A stretch of 64,000 nucleotides of DNA from an uncultured bacterium (GTDB lineage: Bacteria; Patescibacteriota; Minisyncoccia; UBA6257; GWB1-50-10): NCBI GenBank assembly GCA_903827975.1, contig CAIKKG010000014.1, forward strand, positions 52,833 through 116,832. Reading direction: 5' to 3'. Under the pieces are notes generated by a model. The model ran no database searches, was not told the origin of the DNA, and saw nothing but the letters and a program-made list of their open reading frames with translations. Shown one piece after another: positions 19,787-29,200 of the stretch; the stretch's first letter is position 1; each line of letters opens with the position of its first letter. A program made the translations under genes and the position numbers.

Positions 19787-19840
19787 GAACCCCTGTCTCA
19801 ACCTTGGGAATGTCGCATTCTACCACTAGACCATGCCCGC
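19770..19840 (-). tRNA. tRNA-Gly(CCC)
   Basis: GCGGGCA...TTCCCAA loop...AGGGG TTCGATT CCCCT TGCCCGC A cloverleaf, 71 nt, no encoded CCA. Confidence 0.88.
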
Positions 19841-19851
19841 ATTTAACTAGA

Positions 19852-20148
19852 TTATTTTTTAGTGCTTGTTGCAGTAGTACTTGAATCGTCCGGAACCACA
19901 ATAAACATCTGCTCCCCTTCCACCTTAAGATTAAATTTCGAACGCGATTCTTTTATAAGATTTTCGGTGCGCCCAAAGTATGCAATTCCGCCCTCAACTG
20001 ATTTATTTTCATCGGTCAACTTTTTTGCAACATCAGACAAACCTCGAATCTCTCTTTCAATTGCTCTTTTCTGCTGAATTAAAGAATACCCCGTCCATAA
20101 AAGTATGGCAATTCCTAAAAATAAAATTGATAATTTTAGTATCTTCAT
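19852..20148 (-). CDS. Septum formation initiator (FtsB/DivIC-like)
   Basis: TM, coiled coil and 'IKESRSKFNLKVEGE'. Confidence 0.65.
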   Translation of the reverse strand: MKILKLSILFLGIAILLWTGYSLIQQKRAIEREIRGLSDVAKKLTDENKSVEGGIAYFGRTENLIKESRSKFNLKVEGEQMFIVVPDDSSTTATSTKK

Positions 20149-20390
20149 ACATCCCCTTTATAAAATGACCTACTTACGCGCTTTGAAATAGAGATTAATA
20201 ATATCGTAATAGAAAAATGCACAACTACAAGATATTTCGTAGAGGAACTCAGGTATTTGGCAGCTGATTCAAAATTATTAATAACGGCATAAATAATGCC
20301 AAGTTCTAAAACGAACTGAAGCACCAAAAAACCGAATGCAAATAGTAATATTGCAAACTCTCTTCGTAATTTGATTGACCTTGCTAACAT
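20145..20390 (-). CDS. Small two-TM hypothetical protein
   Basis: 81-aa ORF with TATAAT 7 nt upstream; overlaps next gene by 4 nt. Confidence 0.55.
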   Translation of the reverse strand: MLARSIKLRREFAILLFAFGFLVLQFVLELGIIYAVINNFESAAKYLSSSTKYLVVVHFSITILLISISKRVSRSFYKGDV

Positions 20391-20403
20391 GTATTTTATT
20401 ATA

Positions 20404-22224
20404 CTATCTTTTCAATAATTCCTTAAATACTTCTGGTGCTATTTGGACCTGAGCGCGGGCCTCAAGATTTTTCTTTCCCCGCTGTTGTTTTTTCCACAAC
20501 TTCATTTTTCTTGTTCTATCCCCACCATATAAATACCCAGTTACATCTTTTCTTAATGCCGGAATATCCTCTCTTGCTAAGATTTGTCCATCTGCTTGTG
20601 CTTGAATAGGCTGTGTCCATTGCTGACGTGGAAGATGCTCTTTTAGCCTTCCAACCATCTGTCTTGCCTCCCTTAATACAATTTCCTTAGGTAGGAAGCG
20701 GCTTAGTCCTGGAATGAGTTCGTGTGACAATAAAATATCTACGCGAACAACATCGGCTTTTTTATACTCCTCAACCTCATAACTGAATGATGCCATACCC
20801 TTAGTTGCTGACTTTAACTGGTCATCAAAGTCACTTACGAGTTCCGCAAGAGGCATGTGTGTCATTAGTCTAACCCTATCTCCAATTGTTTCTGTATTAA
20901 GATCAGAAAATCTAAATGCACGCTGTAGAGCTATTACGCTGGATAAATATTCATTTGGCAAAATAATATCGAGCTTTATAATTGGCTCCCATATTTCATC
21001 GTAATCATTTGGTAATTCCTCAGGCTTAACAATTGTGAACCACTCCAACCCCTTTTTAACGCGATACAAAACAGATGGAAATGTATTAACTGTTTCCACA
21101 TTGAATTCTCTGCGTAATCTCTCGGCAGTTATTTCGAAGTGTAGTCTACCCAAAAAACCAACTTTAAATCCACGACCTAGAACCTCGTTCTGATCAGGTT
21201 CAATATGAAGTGCTGAATCGTTAAGTTTCAATTTTTGAAGACCCTTACTTAAAAGTTCAAAATTATCACTCTCCTCAGGGTAGAAAGAAACAAATACAAC
21301 AGGCATAGCTTCTTTATAGCCGTGCAACATTAACTTTTCCGGATCTTTTGCATACTTAGAAACAAGGACGGTATCACCAATACGAATTTTTTCTGGGTCT
21401 CTAATTCCGGTTGCTATATAACCTATCTCTCCAGCTGTTAATTTTGATGTCGCAGGTAATGCAGTTAACTGGGGTGTAAAGTATCCAGTCTCCTTAATTT
21501 TTGCATATGTGTTTGTTGCAATAAGCAAAATCTCATCCTCTCCTGAAATCTCACCATCAAACATTCTTACTGATGCAATAACACCCTTATGGTCATCAAA
21601 AAATGAATCAAAAACTAATGCACGGCCAAATGTCTCAATACTTTCTTTTGGTGGTGGAACTTTTTCAATTACATCCTCTAAAAGTTTTTGTACGCCATCC
21701 CCAGTTTTTCCAGAAATATTATGTATTTCATTTTCAGTAACTCCGATAAGCTCGGCAAGGCTTTTCCTAAGAACGTGAATCCTTTCATCATCTAGGTTGA
21801 TATTTCCATCTACATCCTTGAAAAAATCTACTTTATTTAGCGCTCCCACGATTGTAAGCCCCGCAGCCTTAGCTATTCGGTGATTTGCGAGGGTCTGTGC
21901 CTGAATACCTTGTGTTGCATCAACCAAAAGAACCGCCCCCTCAACCGCGTTTAGTGAGCGTGAAACCTCATATGAAAAATCTGAGTGGCCAGGAGTATCA
22001 ATTAGGTTGAGAATATAGTTATTATCTTTGTACTCATAACGCATGCGAACTGGAGCCATTTTTATTGTTATACCTCTTTCTCTTTCAAGCTCTAACTGAT
22101 CGAGGTATTGATCCTTCATTTTTCGAATCTCAACTGTTTTTGTTACTTCCAAAAAACGATCGGCAAGAGTACTCTTGCCGTGGTCAACATGTGCAATTAT
22201 TACGAAATTTCTTATATGCTTCAT
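20404..22224 (-). CDS. lepA: Translation elongation factor 4
   Basis: 'IRNFVIIAHVDHGKSTLADR', 'ERERGITIK', 'LRKDVT..LYGGD.TRKMKL'. Confidence 0.97.
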   Translation of the reverse strand: MKHIRNFVIIAHVDHGKSTLADRFLEVTKTVEIRKMKDQYLDQLELERERGITIKMAPVRMRYEYKDNNYILNLIDTPGHSDFSYEVSRSLNAVEGAVLLVDATQGIQAQTLANHRIAKAAGLTIVGALNKVDFFKDVDGNINLDDERIHVLRKSLAELIGVTENEIHNISGKTGDGVQKLLEDVIEKVPPPKESIETFGRALVFDSFFDDHKGVIASVRMFDGEISGEDEILLIATNTYAKIKETGYFTPQLTALPATSKLTAGEIGYIATGIRDPEKIRIGDTVLVSKYAKDPEKLMLHGYKEAMPVVFVSFYPEESDNFELLSKGLQKLKLNDSALHIEPDQNEVLGRGFKVGFLGRLHFEITAERLRREFNVETVNTFPSVLYRVKKGLEWFTIVKPEELPNDYDEIWEPIIKLDIILPNEYLSSVIALQRAFRFSDLNTETIGDRVRLMTHMPLAELVSDFDDQLKSATKGMASFSYEVEEYKKADVVRVDILLSHELIPGLSRFLPKEIVLREARQMVGRLKEHLPRQQWTQPIQAQADGQILAREDIPALRKDVTGYLYGGDRTRKMKLWKKQQRGKKNLEARAQVQIAPEVFKELLKR

Positions 22225-24317
22225 TGTTTTATAAGCTCCAGCGTCAATACTATGCGTGCATCTGGATTTTCATCCGTATAAACATAATTTGGCATACCAC
22301 TTTCCTTCCATATAAAACCTATTGGCGCTGATATGTTTATATTTATTCTTGTTTGGACACCAGACTGTCGTTCATATACAAATATGTATTTTGAACCCGT
22401 TGTCGGTGCGGTGAGAGAAGTATTATCGTTATGATACCTCATAGTCAAGGTTGATGTAGTTCCAGGGGCTGTATTAAACCATGTTCCAAAAGCAGTTTTT
22501 CCGAACTCGCTCATTGACCAGGCATTGTATTCAGGCAATGAGAGACGTGAAGAGTCAATCTTAAATAGGTCTGGATTTTCATCATATTTATTTTTTTCGT
22601 AATCAAATGATGGCTTCTCCGTTTTTATAGAGTTCCCTTTTAGAGAGATTATTGATGACCCCGGATCAGTCAAAATTTGAATGAAGTTTTGATTCTTTTT
22701 ATTCCACCATGGATCCTTTTTATCACCACCACTGTGTGCACGTGTAATTACAAGATCTGTTAGAACAGCACCATTTGTATCTATATTAATATTCGCGTTA
22801 GCTGTCTGCTTAATAAGCGCATCAGTTTTTCCGCCAGCAACATTTGCATCAACAATTGCTAGATACGAACCTAAAAAGTTTGAAGGAATTTCAAATACCG
22901 AACCATCAGTATTAGTCTGCTTGATAAACGAGGCGAGCTCAGCGTCTTTTGCATAAAACATAATATCTTTCTTAGTTACACGCTCACCCAATTTTTTAAT
23001 AAACATACCCTGACTTGTAGAGTCAAGAAGTTTCATTTTTTCCATCAAAAGTGGCGCTAGTATTTTCAGAATTCGTTTTGGCTCTCCAGCTTTCTTATCT
23101 TTCCCAGCCTCAACCTCGCGCTGAACCTCTGTAAGAAAATTATTCTGGTCTATCGTAACGTTATATTCTGATAGATAGATGGGGCCAGTAACCTCAAGCA
23201 TCGATTGAATTACAGGTATATTTATTGCAATTGCTCCGTCAAAAGTAATGCCCTTCTCTGAATACATTTTTGATAATTCGAGAAAGCTTATTACTGTCTT
23301 TGCTGATGTTGGAAAATCAAAAAACCAGTTTGAATCGCGAGCGCCCCAGTTCTCACTTACGGTCTGTAACTGATACGGAGGAACTATTTTTTCAAAAAAT
23401 TGCCCATCAGGATCATAAATATCTCTTACATCCATTCCTTGCATCTGCCCATCCTTAATTGTTAAATCCGCATAACTACCTATAAACCCACCACCTGGAC
23501 GAATCTCTGCTGGATTTTGGAATAGAAGAAGTAGGTGCCTTGTGTTTTCAGAACCCAACATTGTTATTAAACTATCAAGAGAAGAATTAGCTTTATATAA
23601 TAGTGCGCTGTTTTCTACATAAGTCTTCCCGATAGAGTCATCTATCTTTCCGAAAGATGATGATAACCTCCTTAGGTTTCCCGTTGTATTTTTTACCGCC
23701 TGCCCCTCCTCTAAAATAATAGCTAAGGATTTCTTTATTTCTCTCAATGAATTGAGGAACGCCACGCCATCTGATTGGAAGTTGTGAAAACCGTTTTTCT
23801 TGAGGTCTTCGGTTGTTACAGCCAACTGAAGGAAACCAATATTCAGTGAGGCTATATGGCTAACTAAAGAACCACTTTCTTTGAATGCTGGAATTACACT
23901 ACCGAGTGTGTTCATAAATCCCTCTGCGTGGCTTTGCTTTAATAAGTAATCAAGTTTTGCAATATCTCTTGTATTTTCTTTTAAAATCGAACCTGCTTTT
24001 TCTGGGTCAAGATTTTGCATTGAGTCCAGTGAATTTGAGAAATTTTCTCCTATTCTTACACCAGTAGCCTTCATTACATCTCTAGATTGAAAAAGTCGGA
24101 TACCTTCATATGCAACTAGTAACACAAATATAAGCGCTATTACTCCAATAGAGCGCTTAACTATAAATCCTATATGCTTCATCTCACCATCAGTCCCCAT
24201 CGGAGTTTTGCGTAAATCTATAACGGGATGATGTGAGGACCAGGAATAATTAGTAGATGGATTTTTTATATCAACAACTACTGGAACAATATTATTTCGA
24301 GAAACTTTTTGTTTCAT
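22221..24317 (-). CDS. DUF4012 domain-containing protein
   Basis: 'LLLFQNPAEIRPGGGFIGSY', 'RDSNWFFDFPTSA', 'DANVAGGKTD'. Confidence 0.85.
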   Translation of the reverse strand: MKQKVSRNNIVPVVVDIKNPSTNYSWSSHHPVIDLRKTPMGTDGEMKHIGFIVKRSIGVIALIFVLLVAYEGIRLFQSRDVMKATGVRIGENFSNSLDSMQNLDPEKAGSILKENTRDIAKLDYLLKQSHAEGFMNTLGSVIPAFKESGSLVSHIASLNIGFLQLAVTTEDLKKNGFHNFQSDGVAFLNSLREIKKSLAIILEEGQAVKNTTGNLRRLSSSFGKIDDSIGKTYVENSALLYKANSSLDSLITMLGSENTRHLLLLFQNPAEIRPGGGFIGSYADLTIKDGQMQGMDVRDIYDPDGQFFEKIVPPYQLQTVSENWGARDSNWFFDFPTSAKTVISFLELSKMYSEKGITFDGAIAINIPVIQSMLEVTGPIYLSEYNVTIDQNNFLTEVQREVEAGKDKKAGEPKRILKILAPLLMEKMKLLDSTSQGMFIKKLGERVTKKDIMFYAKDAELASFIKQTNTDGSVFEIPSNFLGSYLAIVDANVAGGKTDALIKQTANANINIDTNGAVLTDLVITRAHSGGDKKDPWWNKKNQNFIQILTDPGSSIISLKGNSIKTEKPSFDYEKNKYDENPDLFKIDSSRLSLPEYNAWSMSEFGKTAFGTWFNTAPGTTSTLTMRYHNDNTSLTAPTTGSKYIFVYERQSGVQTRININISAPIGFIWKESGMPNYVYTDENPDARIVLTLELIKQ

Positions 24318-25456
24318 TATTCAAATTTGTTAAAAACCCTCATTAATTCATCGGTTGCTTTCGTCCAACTGAACCTTTTGATATTTTCAAACCCTTTTTT
24401 CCTTAAATCGATTCGAACCTTTTCATTTTTTAAAATTAACTGCATTGCGTGCGCCAATTCTTCTACTTTCCACGGATCAACTAGGAGAGCAGAATCTCCT
24501 ACAATTTCTGGGAGTGATGAAAGATTTGATGTTATGACTGGTGCCCCGCATGCTTGAGCCTCAAGAGGAGGAAAACCAAATCCTTCAAAAAATGAAGGGT
24601 ATACAAATGCATCTGCGAGATTGTAAAGTAATCTCAAATCTTCGTATGATGACTCACCCCAAAAAATAATATCGCTCTTCCATTTCGAATTTTCTGCATC
24701 CTTAAAAATTGTATCACAAAGCCACCCGCGCTTACCCACAATTATTAATTGCAATTCACTATTAAATAGATCCTCTTTAACAACTTCGAATGCTTTTATT
24801 ATTCCTGAAATATTTTTACGTGGTTCGAGTGTCCCAGCAAATAATAAGAATGGTCTTGTAAGCCTTTTTTCTTTAACAAACGATGCTCGCGACTTATCAT
24901 TTTCAGGAAGCTGTTTATAAAACGGATTTATACCTGAATGTATTGTGTGCACTCTATCAGAAGAAACACCGAGAGTCTTAATAATATCCTGCCGCGTGAA
25001 CTCTGATACCGCGATAATTGCATCAGCAAGGTTGGCTTGTCTTAAATAGTCCTGTTGCCAGTGCCAAAAACGTTTTCTAGCTGGATAAAATTCAGGAAAA
25101 TGAACAAATGATAAATCATGAAAAGTAATAACCCTCTTAGCATTTTTTGGTTTTGGAAGAAAATTAAAGTGCGGGCTAAATACGATATCAGAATTAAGTT
25201 TCTCCTCAATGTGTGGCATTCCCGTAATTCTCATCGATAATTCAAGGAGTTTGTTGGGAATATTCCACTCAAGTAGGCTTGTATTATTCTTTTTCCAATT
25301 TTCAGGAAATTCAGCCTTCTTAATACCGCTGTAAAAAAACTGAAATATATTTTCCTTGTCCTTTTCTAGCAGATTTTGTATTACAAATCTGGCATATTCT
25401 TCTATGCCTGAGATTCTTCCCTTACTCAAAAGTCTTGTATCAATAAGAATCTTCAT
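24317..25456 (-). CDS. Glycosyltransferase family 4
   Basis: 'GTLEPRKNI', 'FVYPSFFEGFGFPPLEAQACG'. Confidence 0.92.
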   Translation of the reverse strand: MKILIDTRLLSKGRISGIEEYARFVIQNLLEKDKENIFQFFYSGIKKAEFPENWKKNNTSLLEWNIPNKLLELSMRITGMPHIEEKLNSDIVFSPHFNFLPKPKNAKRVITFHDLSFVHFPEFYPARKRFWHWQQDYLRQANLADAIIAVSEFTRQDIIKTLGVSSDRVHTIHSGINPFYKQLPENDKSRASFVKEKRLTRPFLLFAGTLEPRKNISGIIKAFEVVKEDLFNSELQLIIVGKRGWLCDTIFKDAENSKWKSDIIFWGESSYEDLRLLYNLADAFVYPSFFEGFGFPPLEAQACGAPVITSNLSSLPEIVGDSALLVDPWKVEELAHAMQLILKNEKVRIDLRKKGFENIKRFSWTKATDELMRVFNKFE

Positions 25457-26560
25457 TTATATAGCTTCGGAAAATCCAGCAGAACGCACAACCTCAGAAA
25501 GCTGCTCTTTAAATTTATTTTTTGAAAATCTATCTGCTTTATTTGCAATCACTCGCCGATCAAATTTCATTGATTCAAATTCTCTTACTGCATCCTCTAT
25601 TGCCTCAGCAGACTGAACATTGAATATGAGTCCCGTCTGTTTATTTATTACTATTTCTCCGCCACCCCCGACTTTATATGCAATAACTGGCGTTCCACAC
25701 ATTTGCGCCTCTGCGGCGACCAGTCCGAAATCCTCAATCTGTGGGAAAATAAATGCTTTTGCATTTGAATAAAGCTTTCTTAATTCCGCATCATTAATAC
25801 CTGATAAAAACTCAATATTTGAACCACGTGCAAGTTTTTTAAGTTTTTCGGATTCTGGCCCAGCTCCTACAATTTTTAGAGGTTTTTTAAGATTATTAAA
25901 TGCATGAATAGCCATATCAAACCCTTTGTAATATAAAAGACGGCCAACCATCAGATAATATTCTTCATGCTCATCATCTTTATCAGGATAAAACATATCG
26001 TTTGTAACTGGTGGATATATTACCTGTGCCTCCCTTAAATAATATGAATTAACCTTGTTCGCAATAAACTGAGAGTTGGCTAGAAATAAATTGACATGAG
26101 TCGATGCATGTATGTCCCATTTTCTTAGTGCATTTGCTATTGGGTAAACAAGAAAATCCTTAAGTGGCCATGGGGCAAAAGATAGATTTTTAAGATAGTC
26201 TACTTCCCATGCATACCTTAGTGGGCTGTGACAATAACTAATGTGATAATTTCCTTTAACATGAAATCCTTTTGCATACCCTGCTGTCGAGGAGATAACC
26301 AGGTCGTAATGCTTGTCCGACGTCAGCATATTTGATGCAAACGGCATGAATGGAATAAACATTCTATGGTGTCCGCGAACAAACGGCACGTCTAAAATAC
26401 TCGTTTTCTTAATATTGCGATCAAATATACCAAAAGTCTTTTCTTTGTCATAAAGCAAAGTGTAAAGATCGGCATTCGGGAATATCTCGAGCATTACCTG
26501 AAGCACGCGCTCGGCCCCTCCAAACTGATTCAAATAATCATGCAAAATAGCAACGCGCAT
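25457..26560 (-). CDS. Glycosyltransferase family 4
   Basis: 'HDYLNQFGGAERV', 'YCHSPLRYAW', 'EDFGLVAAEA'. Confidence 0.92.
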   Translation of the reverse strand: MRVAILHDYLNQFGGAERVLQVMLEIFPNADLYTLLYDKEKTFGIFDRNIKKTSILDVPFVRGHHRMFIPFMPFASNMLTSDKHYDLVISSTAGYAKGFHVKGNYHISYCHSPLRYAWEVDYLKNLSFAPWPLKDFLVYPIANALRKWDIHASTHVNLFLANSQFIANKVNSYYLREAQVIYPPVTNDMFYPDKDDEHEEYYLMVGRLLYYKGFDMAIHAFNNLKKPLKIVGAGPESEKLKKLARGSNIEFLSGINDAELRKLYSNAKAFIFPQIEDFGLVAAEAQMCGTPVIAYKVGGGGEIVINKQTGLIFNVQSAEAIEDAVREFESMKFDRRVIANKADRFSKNKFKEQLSEVVRSAGFSEAI

Positions 26561-26602
26561 TACCTACATAATAATGCAAAATACGCGTATTCGCCACAAA
26601 CT

Positions 26603-27193
26603 CTATACGCCAGTTGGATCTGAAAATAAAATCCAAATAGTTTTAAAAAGAATCCTCATATCAAGCCAAAATGACTGGTGCTCCAAATAAAATTTATCAA
26701 GCTCAATCTCCTTTAAAAATGGTAGACCTGACGCGCCACTAACCTGTGATAGTCCAGTAAGTCCGGCTTTCGCGCTAGAAAGTATTTTAAATTCCTCTGG
26801 ATATCCGTCTATCTCCTCCTCCTCGTGAGGACGAGGGCCAACAAGAGATAGGTCCCCCTTCAAAACATTAATAAATTGAGGAAACTCATCTACGCGTAAC
26901 TTTCGTAGTATTTTTCCAACCCTGGTGAGACGTGGGTCATTTTTAATCTTAAAAAGTGGTCCGTCAGAGCGCTCATTTAGATGAGCCAATCCCTTTTTCA
27001 TGGCTCTTGCATTCCTAACCATTGAGCGAAATTTATAAACATATATACGCCTGCCATTACTAATCCTTGGCAGCGAGACAATAATGGGCCATCCACTTTC
27101 TAATAGAATTGCTATTGCGACAAATGGGAAGATAACTATAAGAGCAATTATCCCCAGAATTGAGCAGAATATATCAAAAATTCGTTTTAACAC
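26603..27193 (-). CDS. Priming sugar (phosphoglycosyl) transferase
   Basis: 'KRIFDI', 'YKFRSM', 'DPRLTRVG..LRKLRVDEFPQF.NVL.GDLSLVGPRP'; GTG start. Confidence 0.92.
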   Translation of the reverse strand: MLKRIFDIFCSILGIIALIVIFPFVAIAILLESGWPIIVSLPRISNGRRIYVYKFRSMVRNARAMKKGLAHLNERSDGPLFKIKNDPRLTRVGKILRKLRVDEFPQFINVLKGDLSLVGPRPHEEEEIDGYPEEFKILSSAKAGLTGLSQVSGASGLPFLKEIELDKFYLEHQSFWLDMRILFKTIWILFSDPTGV

Positions 27194-27210
27194 AGTTGTA
27201 TAATAATACT
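27194..27210. promoter_or_regulatory. Bidirectional -10 promoter for two leaderless divergent genes
   Basis: + strand TATAAT-6nt-ATG(27211); - strand TATTAT-6nt-GTG(27193). Confidence 0.7.
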
Positions 27211-27483
27211 ATGAACTCGAAAAACAACCTATTAATGTTTTATGGACAGGGATGTGTGCATTGCGAAAAGATGATGCCGCTCGTCGAGCAATTGGAGCTT
27301 GAGCATGGAGTTTCAGTCCAAAAACTGGAAACGTGGCAAAATACAGATAATGATGACCTAAGAAAAAAATATGATATCGCAAATTGCGACGGAGTTCCAT
27401 ATTTTTTCAATACTAAAACTGAGAAATTTATTTGTGGGGAAGCTGACTATACAGATTTAATCGTTTGGGCTACTGCTGAATAG
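27211..27483 (+). CDS. Thioredoxin/glutaredoxin-like protein
   Basis: 'FYGQGCVHC', 'CDGVPYFFN...ICGE'. Confidence 0.85.
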   Translation: MNSKNNLLMFYGQGCVHCEKMMPLVEQLELEHGVSVQKLETWQNTDNDDLRKKYDIANCDGVPYFFNTKTEKFICGEADYTDLIVWATAE

Positions 27484-28176
27484 ATTTCCAACAACTACAA
27501 CAAACTCGCCACGCGCGCGACCCTCTTCCTTAAAGATTTCTAAGGCATCTTTTGCACAACCCTTAAAAACCTCCTCATGTAGTTTTGTAAGTTCTCTTCC
27601 TATAATGATTGTCTGGTCACCACCCATCACATCCACGATGCTATTTAAAGCCTTTTCTATTCTGTGTGGAGACTCATAAAAAACAACAGGCCAGACTTTA
27701 TTCTCCTTAAGATTCTCAAAGAATGTCTTCCTTCCTTTTTTATGCGGAGAATAACCCCAAAATGTGAATTGTTCTGTATTCATACCAGATACAGAGAGAA
27801 TCGTTGTTATTGCTGAGACTCCTGGAATTGGAGTGATTGTAATATCAGGAAGTTGCATTGAGACCTCAGCAACAAGCCTACCGCCAGGATCAGCTATACC
27901 AGGGGTTCCAGCATCTGTTGTTAGTGCTATTTTTTTCCCTTCTTTTAATAACTGTATAATCTTTTTCGTTGACTGTTTATGTGAGTGCTCGTCATAACGA
28001 AATAAAGGCTTTTTTATTGCAAAGTGAGATAGCAGTTTAGAAGTAACACGCGTATCCTCAGAAAATACAACATCAGCATCTTTCAGTGTTTCAAGTGCTC
28101 GTAATGTTATATCGCTTAGGTTTCCTATCGGTGTAGCTACCATAAAAAGTCCGCCCTTCTTTGTAGTTTCTGACAT
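27457..28176 (-). CDS. rsmI: 16S rRNA C1402 2'-O-methyltransferase
   Basis: 'VATPIGNLSDITLRAL', 'EDTR', 'DAGTPGIADPG', 'YESPHR', 'RELTKLHEE'. Confidence 0.95.
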   Translation of the reverse strand: MSETTKKGGLFMVATPIGNLSDITLRALETLKDADVVFSEDTRVTSKLLSHFAIKKPLFRYDEHSHKQSTKKIIQLLKEGKKIALTTDAGTPGIADPGGRLVAEVSMQLPDITITPIPGVSAITTILSVSGMNTEQFTFWGYSPHKKGRKTFFENLKENKVWPVVFYESPHRIEKALNSIVDVMGGDQTIIIGRELTKLHEEVFKGCAKDALEIFKEEGRARGEFVVVVGNLFSSSPND

Positions 28177-28200
28177 ATGAGGTAAGTATATATTAAAAAG

Positions 28201-28225
28201 TTAACCCTGCGTATTGCAGGGTTAA
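28201..28225. terminator. Terminator after rplS
   Basis: ttaaccctgc-gtatt-gcagggttaa. Confidence 0.75.
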
Positions 28226-28229
28226 TTAG

Positions 28230-28550
28230 TTACTTTGTTTTCAAGCGCTCACGAATCTTCTTACTTGAGAAATCACGGATGTGATAAAGTTTTGATTTGT
28301 GAACCTTCTTAGGTGATGAGATTATATCAACCTTTGCAATTGTCGGAGAGTGAGATTGAAATACTTTTTCTACACCTATTTCGGAGATTATTGCACGTAC
28401 AGTAAACGAGGAACCAGCCTCAGCACCATGCTTGTGTGCAATAACTATACCTTCAAAAGAGCTCTGGCGCTCCTTTTCGCCTTCTTTAATGCGCTCCCAG
28501 ACGCGTACCTTTGCGCCTGCTCTAATTTTTGAGAGAACCTCTTTTTCCAT
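28230..28550 (-). CDS. rplS: 50S ribosomal protein L19
   Basis: 'KEGEKERQSSFEGIVIA', 'FTVR...GVEKVF', 'SKLYH'. Confidence 0.95.
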   Translation of the reverse strand: MEKEVLSKIRAGAKVRVWERIKEGEKERQSSFEGIVIAHKHGAEAGSSFTVRAIISEIGVEKVFQSHSPTIAKVDIISSPKKVHKSKLYHIRDFSSKKIRERLKTK

Positions 28551-28636
28551 AGTGGATATAGTGTAAAAGACTATACAAAAAAAATCAAGGGCATATTAGA
28601 TAAAAATGCCCCCGTGATTAACGGGGGCTTTTAGGA

Positions 28637-29131
28637 CTATATTTTGGGAACAATAAAAAGCTGTTTAGCATTATCAGGCCAGATAAATACATCATCCACC
28701 TGAAACAGATTTGTCCCAATCTGATAGGACGAGATTGAATAAGCAAATACACTAGCCAAGAAATACTTACCGTCATGTTTGAAAAGGAAAAATGTCGGAG
28801 TGTCTACAACCATAATCCAACCACGATTCGCTCGAGCAAACTCCTTAATCTGCCCAAGTGTGAAGCAAAGGCTATCCAAATCTTTACTGATGAGTCCAAG
28901 CATCTCACAAAACGTGTGAGCCTTCCTCATCCTATAAAAATCAATATCGACTTTCTTAGTTGTATTAGAAAGTTTAAGACCACCTAAAAAATTGAAAAGA
29001 ATGTCGATATTGCCGAATACATCATAGGACAATGAAAATGATTTTTCTTCTGGCTTTGTGGCCTCAATTGCTGTTGGCCACGCATACCTTCTTAAAACCT
29101 GAGGAGTGGAATACTCCTTATCATCAGACAT
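28637..29131 (-). CDS. Hypothetical protein, paralogous to 46307-46873
   Basis: Shared 'TF.[EQ]M...CFT..QI..F.R.N...TFF.F' pattern; AAGGAG SD. Confidence 0.7.
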   Translation of the reverse strand: MSDDKEYSTPQVLRRYAWPTAIEATKPEEKSFSLSYDVFGNIDILFNFLGGLKLSNTTKKVDIDFYRMRKAHTFCEMLGLISKDLDSLCFTLGQIKEFARANRGWIMVVDTPTFFLFKHDGKYFLASVFAYSISSYQIGTNLFQVDDVFIWPDNAKQLFIVPKI

Positions 29132-29200
29132 AGCTAACTCCTTTTAGAGATTTTAATTTACTCAATATAGGGTGTCATAAATCAAAAAACACGTCAATTA

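Noticed and set aside
19551-19901. ORFs of 116 aa (-) and 92 aa (+)
   Set aside because: They overlap tRNA-Gly and the duplicated block; the peptide repeats merely reflect the DNA duplication.
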